A DNA stretch of 64,000 nt from Minisyncoccota bacterium (GTDB taxonomy: Bacteria; Patescibacteriota; Minisyncoccia; UBA6257; GWB1-50-10). The stretch is taken from positions 2,650-66,649 of the forward strand of contig JBAZZD010000003.1 in assembly GCA_041659005.1 (NCBI GenBank), given 5' to 3'. The notes under the pieces are model-generated. The model was not told the DNA's origin. It was given only the letters and a program-made list of their open reading frames with translations, and ran no database searches. The position numbers and the translations under genes are program-made. This document shows, piece by piece, positions 30,013-39,165 of this stretch; position 1 is the stretch's first letter; the number at the start of each line of letters is the position of its first letter.

Positions 30013-30519
30013 ATGGCATCATTCCAAGTGCCCCAATTTATTGAGGAAAAGCCAAAAATTATATCGTTTTTTACACTACAACAATTCCTGCTTCTTGGGG
30101 GCGCAGCAATTTTTTCTATTGTTCTTTATTATATTTTTTCAATGTTTTTGTGGGTATTGCTTTCTTCGTTGATTATTGGAAGTGCCGCTGCACTCGCGTT
30201 TGTAAAAATAAGCGGCCAAGACCTTCCAAAAGTTGTTCGCTCGGCATTTCGTTATTATTGGAATCCGCGCAGATATGTGTGGGAACGGGCAATGGAAGAA
30301 ACATCTATTGATTCTGGGTCATTTGAAAAAATATCATCAATGCGTCGCGCAATGAGTATTCAAGAAAAGCTTAAAAAAATGGCCGAATCAATAACCACCG
30401 GTAAATTATTTAAACCAGAGGATGCGCTTCCTGAAGGGACAAAACTACCAAAAGGGAAATATGAAATCGTTACATACCTTACCGGAGAAAAAAGAGCCGC
30501 GAAACGTGTTGATTTCTAA
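30013..30519 (+). CDS. PrgI-family (VirB3-like) protein
   Basis: FQVPQFIEE.PKI...TLQQF, two TMs, P.RYVW. Confidence 0.85.
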   Translation: MASFQVPQFIEEKPKIISFFTLQQFLLLGGAAIFSIVLYYIFSMFLWVLLSSLIIGSAAALAFVKISGQDLPKVVRSAFRYYWNPRRYVWERAMEETSIDSGSFEKISSMRRAMSIQEKLKKMAESITTGKLFKPEDALPEGTKLPKGKYEIVTYLTGEKRAAKRVDF

Positions 30520-30536
30520 TTGTGTACAATAAGATT

Positions 30537-31178
30537 ATGCAAGAAGCAAGCTCCCCAACACAAAAGTTTGTTGAAGTAAAAGAAATAAAAGATGGAATAG
30601 TATATTTAAAGAATGGCGGCATTCGGAGAATTTTAATTGTTGGGGGTATAAACTTTGACTTAAAATCCGACGCCGAACAAAATCTTATCTTGAGCAGTTT
30701 TCAAAATTTTTTAAATACCGTGGATTATCCCGTTCAACTTTTTATACACTCGCGAAAGGTAAACGTTGATGCATATTTGGAAAAAATGCGCGAACGGAGG
30801 GGAAAGGAAGAAAATGAATTATTAAAAATCCAGATTGACGAATACATAACCTTTATTAAAACGCTTGTTGAACAAAATTCAATTATTTCAAAAACATTTT
30901 TTGTTATTGTTCCCTATGAGGGAGTAATAAATTCTTCCTCCTTTGGAATTATTTCCTCACTATTTGGATCACAAAAGTCAAAAAATGCTGAGGAGAAAGC
31001 GACACTTCAATCAAAATTAGAACAATTGGAACATCGCGTTATTGAAGTAAGGGACGGACTAGAACAAATTGGACTTCGCGTTTCAGAACTAGACGATGGA
31101 GAACTTACTGAGCTTTTTTATAACCTATATAACCCACAACTTATTGAGAAAAAGGGTCTTCAAATAACAAAAAACTAA
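30537..31178 (+). CDS. VirB4-associated protein (TraC/VirB4 N-terminal-like)
   Basis: TQ.FV.VKEIKDGIV, INFDLKSDAEQ, FLN..DYPVQ, FFVIVPY, ELFYNLYNP. Confidence 0.75.
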   Translation: MQEASSPTQKFVEVKEIKDGIVYLKNGGIRRILIVGGINFDLKSDAEQNLILSSFQNFLNTVDYPVQLFIHSRKVNVDAYLEKMRERRGKEENELLKIQIDEYITFIKTLVEQNSIISKTFFVIVPYEGVINSSSFGIISSLFGSQKSKNAEEKATLQSKLEQLEHRVIEVRDGLEQIGLRVSELDDGELTELFYNLYNPQLIEKKGLQITKN

Positions 31179-31181
31179 ATG

Positions 31182-31457
31182 ATCCCGTTAGAGACTATAT
31201 GCACTACGTATATATCTTACAGAGTGAGAAGAGTAATAGGTTCTATACTGGGTATACAGCAAATTTACGGAAACGTTTAAAAGAACACAATGAAAATAAA
31301 TCAAGATATACAAATAAAAGAGGTCCATTTATACTTGTCTATTATGAGGCATGTTGCGATGAATATGATGCAAGGTCGCGCGAAATCTATCTTAAATCAG
31401 GAATGGGTAAGCGGTTTATCAAAAACCGACTTAAACGTTTCCTGTCTCTAACGGGAT
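31182..31457. mobile_element. GIY-YIG nuclease cassette bounded by 14-bp perfect inverted repeats
   Basis: ATCCCGTTAGAGAC (31182-31195) / GTCTCTAACGGGAT (31444-31457). Confidence 0.85.
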
Positions 31458-31459
31458 GA
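31199..31459 (+). CDS. Small GIY-YIG endonuclease (UPF0213/SLX1-like)
   Basis: YVYIL...FYTGYT.NL.KRL.EHN...YYEA...ARSRE.YLKSG. Confidence 0.92.
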   Translation: MHYVYILQSEKSNRFYTGYTANLRKRLKEHNENKSRYTNKRGPFILVYYEACCDEYDARSREIYLKSGMGKRFIKNRLKRFLSLTG

Positions 31460-33207
31460 AAATATCAATTCCTCAAGCATATACCCCTTCTACCAAAGAC
31501 GTGCCAAACGTCGTTGCACCATCTGGACTTGAAGTAAACGCAAACTATATAAAACTTGGAGATTATTTCGTAAAAACATTATTTATTTTTACATACCCTC
31601 GGTATGTCTCAAGTGGATGGTTCTCACCAATTATCAATATGGCAGAAATGATGGATATTTCAGTGTTTATTCACCCAATGGATACTGCATCTGCGTTAAA
31701 GGACCTAAAGAAAAAGGTTGCCAATATAGAGGCGGAGCTTTGGGACAAAAGAGACAAGGGACTTGTTCGTGACCCAATGCTTGAAACCGCATACGAGGAT
31801 GTTGAACAGCTTCGCGACTCGCTATTACAGGCTCGAGAAAAACTTTTCCGTGTCGGCGTCTATATTACACTCTACGCACAAACACTCGACGAACTACGAA
31901 AACTGGAAGAAAAAGTTGAGTCAACACTCGAAAGCAAGCTTGTGTATATCAAGCCAGCACTTTTTAAACAACTTGAGGGTTTTAATTCTTCGGCACTTCC
32001 CATTAACAGCGACTCTCTTGAAATCACAACTCCGCTGAATTCAAGTCCAGCATCCTCATTGTTTCCCTTTGTTTCTCCAGATCTGTCATCTGAAAAGGGG
32101 ATATTGTACGGAGTGAATATGCATAATAACAGTTTGATTATTTTTGATAGGTTTTCTCTTCAAAACGCAAATCAAGTTATTTTTGCAACCTCGGGGGCTG
32201 GGAAATCATATACAACAAAGCTTCAAGTACTTCGCTCTTTAATGCTTGGGATAAACGTTATTATTATTGACCCAGAAAATGAGTACCAAAATCTCTCAAA
32301 TGCTATTGGGGGAAGCTACTTTAAAATTTCTCTCACGTCTCCAAATCATGTAAATCCATTTGATATTCCAATAATTCCTGAAGGAGAAGAGCCATCTGAT
32401 GTCTTCAAGTCACATATCCTAAACGTTACTGGACTACTAAAATTAATGCTTGGGACAATAACACCCGAGGAAGATTCATTACTTGATAGAGTAGTAACCG
32501 AAACATATGCCTCCCGTGACATCACTGTGGAAAACTTTGGAACTATGAAGGGCATCAACGCACCGCTCCTTGAAGATCTACAAGTTATTCTTTCGAGCAC
32601 ACAAGGCGGGCAAACGCTTGCTGCACGATTAGATAAATTTACTCATGGTTCATACGCTGGATTCACAAATGCGCCAACGAATGTTGATATAAAAAATCGC
32701 CTTATCGTGTTTTCAATTCGCGACCTTGAAGAAGAGCTTCGCCCAATTGCAATGTACATTGTTTTAAATTTCGTATGGAACATTGTCCGCTCAAAGCTTC
32801 AACAGCGTTCACTTATTATTGATGAGGCATGGTTAATGATGAAATACAAGGATTCCGCATCATTTCTTTTTGGATTAGTAAAAAGAGCGCGAAAATATTA
32901 CTTAGGTATTACAACTATTACTCAAGATGTTGAAGATTTTTTGAAATCGGAATATGGTCGCCCTATTGTTTCTAATTCTTCTATGCAAATTTTAATGAAA
33001 CAATCACCTGGGTCCATTGACTCCATTGCGGCAGCATTTAATTTAACTGAGGGAGAACGAGCATTTCTTCTGGAGGCGGGTGTTGGAGAGGGATTATTTT
33101 TCGCTGGAGCAAAACACGTTGCAATTAAAGTAATTGCCTCATACATTGAGGATCAAATTGTTACCACGAATCCAGAACAGGTCCTTGAATCAAAAGGGCT
33201 TGCATAA
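31456..33207 (+). CDS. VirB4-like T4SS ATPase
   Basis: Walker A ATSGAGKS, IIDPENEY, Walker B IIDEAW, RARKY, ITQDVEDF. Confidence 0.93.
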   Translation: MKISIPQAYTPSTKDVPNVVAPSGLEVNANYIKLGDYFVKTLFIFTYPRYVSSGWFSPIINMAEMMDISVFIHPMDTASALKDLKKKVANIEAELWDKRDKGLVRDPMLETAYEDVEQLRDSLLQAREKLFRVGVYITLYAQTLDELRKLEEKVESTLESKLVYIKPALFKQLEGFNSSALPINSDSLEITTPLNSSPASSLFPFVSPDLSSEKGILYGVNMHNNSLIIFDRFSLQNANQVIFATSGAGKSYTTKLQVLRSLMLGINVIIIDPENEYQNLSNAIGGSYFKISLTSPNHVNPFDIPIIPEGEEPSDVFKSHILNVTGLLKLMLGTITPEEDSLLDRVVTETYASRDITVENFGTMKGINAPLLEDLQVILSSTQGGQTLAARLDKFTHGSYAGFTNAPTNVDIKNRLIVFSIRDLEEELRPIAMYIVLNFVWNIVRSKLQQRSLIIDEAWLMMKYKDSASFLFGLVKRARKYYLGITTITQDVEDFLKSEYGRPIVSNSSMQILMKQSPGSIDSIAAAFNLTEGERAFLLEAGVGEGLFFAGAKHVAIKVIASYIEDQIVTTNPEQVLESKGLA

Positions 33208-33209
33208 TA

Positions 33210-33481
33210 ATGAGTGAAAAAACAAAAGAAAAAATTTGAGCTTGTAGAAATGGTTCTCGGGTTTGTTGTTGGTTTAATTGTTGATGGCATATGCAGTTCC
33301 AATACTAGTGCAGGAAATTCCCATCCTCCCAACAATGTGCGCAATCATAGTTGTTGTTATGTATTTAGAGAATCGTTCTGAGAAATTAGGTATAATAAGT
33401 AAGCAAACACAGAATACCTCAATTATACGAGAGCACAACAAAGAAAATGAAGAACAAAAAACAATTCGTAGGGCAGCTTAA
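33210..33481 (+). pseudogene. Frameshifted remnant of a small membrane protein gene
   Basis: ATG 33210 stops after 9 codons at an A-run. Hydrophobic segments continue in two other frames (VLGFVVGLIVDGIC; IPILPTMCAIIVVVMYLENR). Confidence 0.45.
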
Positions 33482-34139
33482 TACAACCATTATCTTTTTT
33501 GTTTTGTTTTTTGGTTTCTTTTCTTCTTCCTATGCGGGAAATCCAGAACTCATTGTGACGTGGAGGGCTGATAATTTTTATCCAACAACATATGTAGGAA
33601 AAGCAATTCCGTCATCTGGAACAAAAATATATGTTGCAATTGAGGCATTTCAGGACGGAAAATTATTAGACATATCGAAATCGGTCATTGAGTGGAGAAA
33701 AAACAGAGAAAGGATACAGCAGGGAATGGGGCAAAAAGAAACAATTGTTGTATTTAATGAAAACGATGAAACAAATTTTGTTTCTGTTTCAGTTGGGTGG
33801 AACGGCGGATCACTAGAAAAAAGTATAACAATACCAGTCGCAAAACCAAGGCTTATTTTGGAACTCCCTTATGTAAATGGAGTTGTACCAAAGAATACAG
33901 ATATAGCAATTACCGCAATGCCATATTTTTTTAATGCAAAATCGTTTAGTGATCTTTCATTTTCGTGGCAAATTGGAGCATTAAAAAGGGGCACCGGATC
34001 AGACAACAAAATAATAATAAATACCGGAAACCCAAGCGTCGCGATCGACAGAATTGTTACGATAAATGGTTATATTCAAAACCGAAGATCTCTCTTGGAA
34101 ATAACAAGGACGCAAACAAAAATGATTATAGGAGAATAA
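33447..34139 (+). CDS. Exported Ig-like/beta-sandwich hypothetical protein
   Basis: Signal peptide; W.A..F.P..Y.GKA.P and PYFF...L.F.W motifs. Confidence 0.7.
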   Translation: MKNKKQFVGQLNTTIIFFVLFFGFFSSSYAGNPELIVTWRADNFYPTTYVGKAIPSSGTKIYVAIEAFQDGKLLDISKSVIEWRKNRERIQQGMGQKETIVVFNENDETNFVSVSVGWNGGSLEKSITIPVAKPRLILELPYVNGVVPKNTDIAITAMPYFFNAKSFSDLSFSWQIGALKRGTGSDNKIIINTGNPSVAIDRIVTINGYIQNRRSLLEITRTQTKMIIGE

Positions 34140-34140
34140 T

Positions 34141-35316
34141 ATGAAACCAGTATATAAATTTATTGTTGTTTTTCTTATTTTAGGAATTATCGCGTGGATA
34201 ATTTATTTTGTAGTTTCAAAAACCAACACAGGGACGGGGGTCACCACAGAAATATCCGCTACGACAACCGAGGGACTTATAGGAGAAAACAAGGGAATTT
34301 TAGCTGAATCAACAACAGGAACCATAACAGGACAAAATGACACCAATGCCGAAATATCAAACGAAGAAAATCCTAGTGGGGCTGTAAAAACTTCATTTAA
34401 AGAACTTCGAAAAATCTCAGATGTTCCAGCGCAATTTTATTGGTACTACGCAGAGAACAACAGAATATTTTATATAACAAAAACCGGAGAAATAAAAAAA
34501 GTAATTGATGGAAAAAGTGAAGCAATTGCGTTAAATCCACTTAGCAACGTAAGCACTGTTCGCCCAAACAGAGGCGGATCTTTTGTTTTATTAAAATTTA
34601 CAACCGACACAGGTACCATGTGGGGCGTTTTTTCTTCAATGGACGAAAAGATAACGCCACTCAATTCTTCTATTATTGACGCAGTGTGGGATTTTTATAA
34701 TGAGAATATTACCGCTTCTTTGAGTAATGGCGGAAAAATAAGTATTGTTTCGCTTCTCCGCGAAAAAAACTATTCAGAAAACACAATTTTAATTCCTGAA
34801 ATAAAATTATTTGATGTTGATATGGTAAATAAATCTCCAAATGAATTATTGTTTGTAGAAAAATTTGGAAACGAATATGCAACATCAATTTGGCAATATA
34901 GCACAAAGACAAAATTGTTCTCAATCGTGAGAAGTGGCCTCTTAGATTTTTCACTCAATCCAACATTGTCTGCATATTTCTTTTCTTCAAAAAATGATGG
35001 GTTCGTCATTGGAAATAGCTCCCTTGAGCGTTATTTTCCAACAACACAAAAAACACTACCAGAAAAATGTTCATCGGTTCTCCTTACTGCATTTTGTTTT
35101 GTCCCTCAAACATCAGTTTCTTTCTTTGATTGGATTACTAATTCAGTTTTTTCCAATGATTCGCTATATGCGTACGACCTAGATCGGCAAACGGAAGATA
35201 AAATTCCAATTTCAGATATAACAAAAACTCAAATTGATGCAAAAAACCTCATGCCAACAGCGTCATCGCTTTATTTTATAAACAAATACGATAATTTTAT
35301 CTATGCGTTTATATAA
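34141..35316 (+). CDS. Membrane-anchored beta-propeller-like hypothetical protein
   Basis: N-terminal TM, Thr-rich linker, TLPEKC...C.VP, YFINKYD..Y. Confidence 0.7.
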   Translation: MKPVYKFIVVFLILGIIAWIIYFVVSKTNTGTGVTTEISATTTEGLIGENKGILAESTTGTITGQNDTNAEISNEENPSGAVKTSFKELRKISDVPAQFYWYYAENNRIFYITKTGEIKKVIDGKSEAIALNPLSNVSTVRPNRGGSFVLLKFTTDTGTMWGVFSSMDEKITPLNSSIIDAVWDFYNENITASLSNGGKISIVSLLREKNYSENTILIPEIKLFDVDMVNKSPNELLFVEKFGNEYATSIWQYSTKTKLFSIVRSGLLDFSLNPTLSAYFFSSKNDGFVIGNSSLERYFPTTQKTLPEKCSSVLLTAFCFVPQTSVSFFDWITNSVFSNDSLYAYDLDRQTEDKIPISDITKTQIDAKNLMPTASSLYFINKYDNFIYAFI

Positions 35317-36847
35317 GAATCTTTTTGTTATTTTCTTTATTCTCATCATCTCTGGCGCGCTTTTCGTTCCTATTTTTGTTGGCGCACAAAACATAAACAC
35401 AACCACACTCCATTTGGTTTTTGAGCCACCATGTATTGCAAACACAGGGCCATTGTCGTTCCTAGGTCCTTGTACTCCGATTGAAGACATACAAACATAC
35501 ATCGTTCGTTTGTATCAATTTGCAGTAGGAATATCAGGAATTGTAGCAGTAGGAATGATTGTATATGGTGCGATTATAATCATAATAAAATCAGAAAATG
35601 TCTCTGCAAAAAGTGAGGGGAGACAAATCATACAAGATGCCTTATGGGGAGTATTATTGCTCTTTGCTTCGTATTTATTACTACAGTCAATAAATCCAGA
35701 CCTAGTGAAGCTGAAAGATCCATCAGCAGCACCGATTGCAACATCCACATTAACACAGGGGACGTTAAGTCAAATTTCATCAAGTACATGCGGGATAGCG
35801 ACTAAAATTCCGGCAGTAGAAGGAGTTCCAATTTATAGTGGTGACTCAACAGCAAGTCCAGTAATAAAAGCCGACCAAGATCAAGAACCATATAACAAAT
35901 GTGGTCTTCGCCGTGTTTTGTTTATGCACAAGGGAGACATTAATGATAATCTTAGTACTGACTATGAAACGTTGGATGATCTTTTAAGCAAAACCGACGG
36001 AACCACCGAAACAAAGTTCTTTTATAATGAGGGTGAAATTCTTGATAAAAATACCATCGTATGGACATACCCTTATTACATAAAAGACACGGATCCAAAG
36101 CAAACCGCCCGATGCGTTATTTATGCAATACGAGAACCTCCACCAGACGCGGAAACAAAAGCAGAAACAAGATTGGTTGATTTAAACGATGGAATCACTC
36201 CGTGCTTGCTTGATGATATTCCTACATCAACAATAAAAACAACATTTGGTGTTGAGTTAACAGAACCAGTTAAACAACTAAAGGGGTGGATGTGGGGGAA
36301 TGATCCCGCCAAACAAACGAAAAATACTGATCCAAATGCAACTGATTTGGTACAAATAGCAAATCAAATTAGTGATTCATATTTAGATGCTTTTGGTGAT
36401 TGCGCTCCAACCGCAAGTACAAGCCCACGTGGAATCATGCGAGATGTAAGAGAAGGAAAGAGACCACTTGTTTGTTATAGCGGTTGTAAAGCAAATACCG
36501 TGCCCTGCAGTGGAGACAAGGGGACTCTAAGTCTCAGTCTTCTTTTTTTGATTCAAACGATGCAATTTGATAGTGAAAAGGGAACACTTCCACAATTTAA
36601 AATTGAAAGTCTCACGGGTGGAAGTCACACATCAAATAACTCAAACCATTATAAGGGAATAGCAGCAGACGTAACGACGGGCTCAAAAACAGACACTGAG
36701 TCTATTCTTTCTTACTTAAAAGTTAAGGGGGTGGATTCTGAGTGTGAGTATTATGAAGGTGGAAAACTTATTATCAACAAGGGAACATGTGCTGGTTATA
36801 ACAGCGCAACACACACAGGACTCCACATCCATTTAAATTATCCATAA
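35303..36847 (+). CDS. Pilin-domain protein with C-terminal M15-like zinc peptidase
   Basis: Pilin-type TM-SENVSAKSEGRQIIQDALWG-TM-INPDL; C-terminal SNHYKGIAAD (SxHxxGxAxD) and HIH. Confidence 0.8.
   Translation: MRLYKNLFVIFFILIISGALFVPIFVGAQNINTTTLHLVFEPPCIANTGPLSFLGPCTPIEDIQTYIVRLYQFAVGISGIVAVGMIVYGAIIIIIKSENVSAKSEGRQIIQDALWGVLLLFASYLLLQSINPDLVKLKDPSAAPIATSTLTQGTLSQISSSTCGIATKIPAVEGVPIYSGDSTASPVIKADQDQEPYNKCGLRRVLFMHKGDINDNLSTDYETLDDLLSKTDGTTETKFFYNEGEILDKNTIVWTYPYYIKDTDPKQTARCVIYAIREPPPDAETKAETRLVDLNDGITPCLLDDIPTSTIKTTFGVELTEPVKQLKGWMWGNDPAKQTKNTDPNATDLVQIANQISDSYLDAFGDCAPTASTSPRGIMRDVREGKRPLVCYSGCKANTVPCSGDKGTLSLSLLFLIQTMQFDSEKGTLPQFKIESLTGGSHTSNNSNHYKGIAADVTTGSKTDTESILSYLKVKGVDSECEYYEGGKLIINKGTCAGYNSATHTGLHIHLNYP
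35411..35803 (+). repeat. 393-bp direct repeat, copy 1
   Basis: Identical to 37876-38268 (offset 2465). Confidence 0.95.
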
Positions 36848-36964
36848 AAGTGACTATCTAGTTTTCGAAACTTTTATATTTAATATGTGATCTTTGTATA
36901 TATTTTTTGTAAAATTTTGAACCAATAAAACGTGTGTCGTTTTTAAGAAATGTATTTAAAAATG

Positions 36965-36987
36965 AGGATAATTTGACCGTCTAAAAA
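36965..36987 (+). repeat. 23-bp direct repeat (second copy at 37738-37760)
   Basis: AGGATAATTTGACCGTCTAAAAA occurs twice, flanking the inverted gene. Confidence 0.85.
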
Positions 36988-37051
36988 CATATTAAGCAAT
37001 GATTCTTAGAAGAATTGAAATTCCCAATACGGTATATGCTAGGTAAAATGA

Positions 37052-37579
37052 TTATTCGCTGTCGTCAGAATCCAGCAGACCTATATCATTATTCAACGCA
37101 TCAATTTCCCTTTCAGTCAGCTTGTTCAGATTTTTCATTTTTATCTTGCTTTTTTCCGCTCTTTTTTTTGTCACCCGCCACGCATACAAAACAAGAAGCA
37201 CGTTGGTCGGAAGTATATTAAACCCTGGAAGCCCATCAAAAAAAAGTCCTAAAATCCAAAAATAAAATTTGAGTTTTGCCTTCAAAAACCAACCCTTGCC
37301 AAGCATGAAAAAGTAAAGAAAGGACGTTAAAAACAAACCTACGACAAAACTAACACCAGGAATGAGTCCAATAAGAAGAATGTCTAGGACAATATCCAAA
37401 AAATCTTTAACTGCAGCAAGCGTCAGCGCAATCATAAATGCTGCATTATCATTTCCTTTTTCAATCTCCTTATTTAATTTTCCAGCAAGAATTCGCGCTT
37501 TTTCAATTACGCGCCGCTTAATTGACTCATGTCCCGAAACGACATCATTTTTTTGGGAATATTTTGGTCCTTTTTCCAT
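37052..37579 (-). CDS. Small hydrophobic membrane protein
   Basis: Hydrophobic helices (KDFLDI..IGLIPG; FFDGLPGFNILPT). ATG 37579. Confidence 0.7.
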   Translation of the reverse strand: MEKGPKYSQKNDVVSGHESIKRRVIEKARILAGKLNKEIEKGNDNAAFMIALTLAAVKDFLDIVLDILLIGLIPGVSFVVGLFLTSFLYFFMLGKGWFLKAKLKFYFWILGLFFDGLPGFNILPTNVLLVLYAWRVTKKRAEKSKIKMKNLNKLTEREIDALNNDIGLLDSDDSE

Positions 37580-37767
37580 GAAATAATATCTGCTTCTTAT
37601 GCACCTTCTGATTCTCACTATTATATCTCATACTTCGAGTTGCGGACACCCTAAAAGCAGCAAACAGAAACCCACAAACAAAGGGTTGGGGATATACCTA
37701 AAAAGTTGTGTTTAAAAATTGAGTATAATAAGAAGGTAGGATAATTTGACCGTCTAAAAATATAACA

Positions 37768-39165
37768 ATGAATGGAAGCCCAATAAAAAAACTTTATACC
37801 TTATTCTCTTTTTTTATTATTTTCGGAACACTTTTTTTGCCTTTGCTTGTTGGCGCAAAAGAACCGACTAAGTTGCATTTGGTTTTTGAGCCACCATGTA
37901 TTGCAAACACAGGGCCATTGTCGTTCCTAGGTCCTTGTACTCCGATTGAAGACATACAAACATACATCGTTCGTTTGTATCAATTTGCAGTAGGAATATC
38001 AGGAATTGTAGCAGTAGGAATGATTGTATATGGTGCGATTATAATCATAATAAAATCAGAAAATGTCTCTGCAAAAAGTGAGGGGAGACAAATCATACAA
38101 GATGCCTTATGGGGAGTATTATTGCTCTTTGCTTCGTATTTATTACTACAGTCAATAAATCCAGACCTAGTGAAGCTGAAAGATCCATCAGCAGCACCGA
38201 TTGCAACATCCACATTAACACAGGGGACGTTAAGTCAAATTTCATCAAGTACATGCGGGATAGCGACTGGTATTCCAGCACTTTCAGACAACCCAACAAA
38301 AAGCTATAGCACCACCACAGAACAAGAGCCAAATAACTTTTGTGGTCTTAGGAGGGTCTTACTACTACAAGGTGGAGAAATCACTGATAATGGAGCAGAA
38401 AGTAAAAATTATTACTATGAAAATGAAACATATCCCGCAAATACACTTGTGTGGACATACCCGTATTATTTAAAAGAAACAACTCCGTCAAGCACTGCGA
38501 AATGTATTATTTATGCGATAAGGGAGCCGGCTCCTGAGGGCGAGAAGGCGGAAACAAGATTGGTTGATTTAAATGAGGGAATCACTCCGTGCTTGCTTGA
38601 TGATATTCCAACATCAACAATAAAAACAACGTTCGGTCTTGATAAGACAGAACCAGTGAAACAACTACCGGGGTGGGTGTGGGGGAATGATAAAGCGGGG
38701 AAAGCGGCGGCGGCAAAATGTTCTGGTATCTGTCGCGGTCCGATGACTACTGGGTCGTGCGCAATAGAAAACCTAAAAAAAACATCGTGGAAAAACGAGA
38801 GTGACACGGTGATAGCACAGGCATCAAGTATTTGTGCGAATGAAAGTGGTGGAGACGAAACTCTTGGAAGTGGTATGGATAAATGCAACCTAACTTCAGA
38901 AGATGACAGATTAGGGGAAACGGTATCTTGGGGCCTCTTTCAGATAAATATGTCTGCACATACTCCAATTGGTGGCATTGTTTGTGCGGAAAGCGCGGTA
39001 ACCCCACTTTACACATCAAAAAACCATTGGTGCACACCAAAATCAAATTATACTCCTTGTATGAACGCAACAATAAATGCAGAAAAAAACTTGGAAAAAG
39101 CATATATGATTTACAGAAGTGGGGGATGGAATCAGTGGGGAGCAAATTGTAAGTGTAATTTTTAA
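37768..39165 (+). CDS. Pilin-domain protein with C-terminal lytic transglycosylase/lysozyme-like domain
   Basis: Same pilin N-terminus as 35303; ICANESGG (catalytic E-S), SWGLFQIN, N...AY.IY..GGWNQW. Confidence 0.82.
   Translation: MNGSPIKKLYTLFSFFIIFGTLFLPLLVGAKEPTKLHLVFEPPCIANTGPLSFLGPCTPIEDIQTYIVRLYQFAVGISGIVAVGMIVYGAIIIIIKSENVSAKSEGRQIIQDALWGVLLLFASYLLLQSINPDLVKLKDPSAAPIATSTLTQGTLSQISSSTCGIATGIPALSDNPTKSYSTTTEQEPNNFCGLRRVLLLQGGEITDNGAESKNYYYENETYPANTLVWTYPYYLKETTPSSTAKCIIYAIREPAPEGEKAETRLVDLNEGITPCLLDDIPTSTIKTTFGLDKTEPVKQLPGWVWGNDKAGKAAAAKCSGICRGPMTTGSCAIENLKKTSWKNESDTVIAQASSICANESGGDETLGSGMDKCNLTSEDDRLGETVSWGLFQINMSAHTPIGGIVCAESAVTPLYTSKNHWCTPKSNYTPCMNATINAEKNLEKAYMIYRSGGWNQWGANCKCNF
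37876..38268 (+). repeat. 393-bp direct repeat, copy 2
   Basis: Identical to 35411-35803. Confidence 0.95.

Noticed and set aside
31182-31457. Classical integron with attC array
   Set aside because: There are no full attC hairpins or cassette array, and the recombinase is short with no evident IntI insertion. Only the core-motif resemblance is kept as a hypothesis.
35411-38268. DGR template/variable repeat pair
   Set aside because: The copies are identical rather than adenine-mutated, both are N-terminal coding regions, and no reverse transcriptase is in the window.
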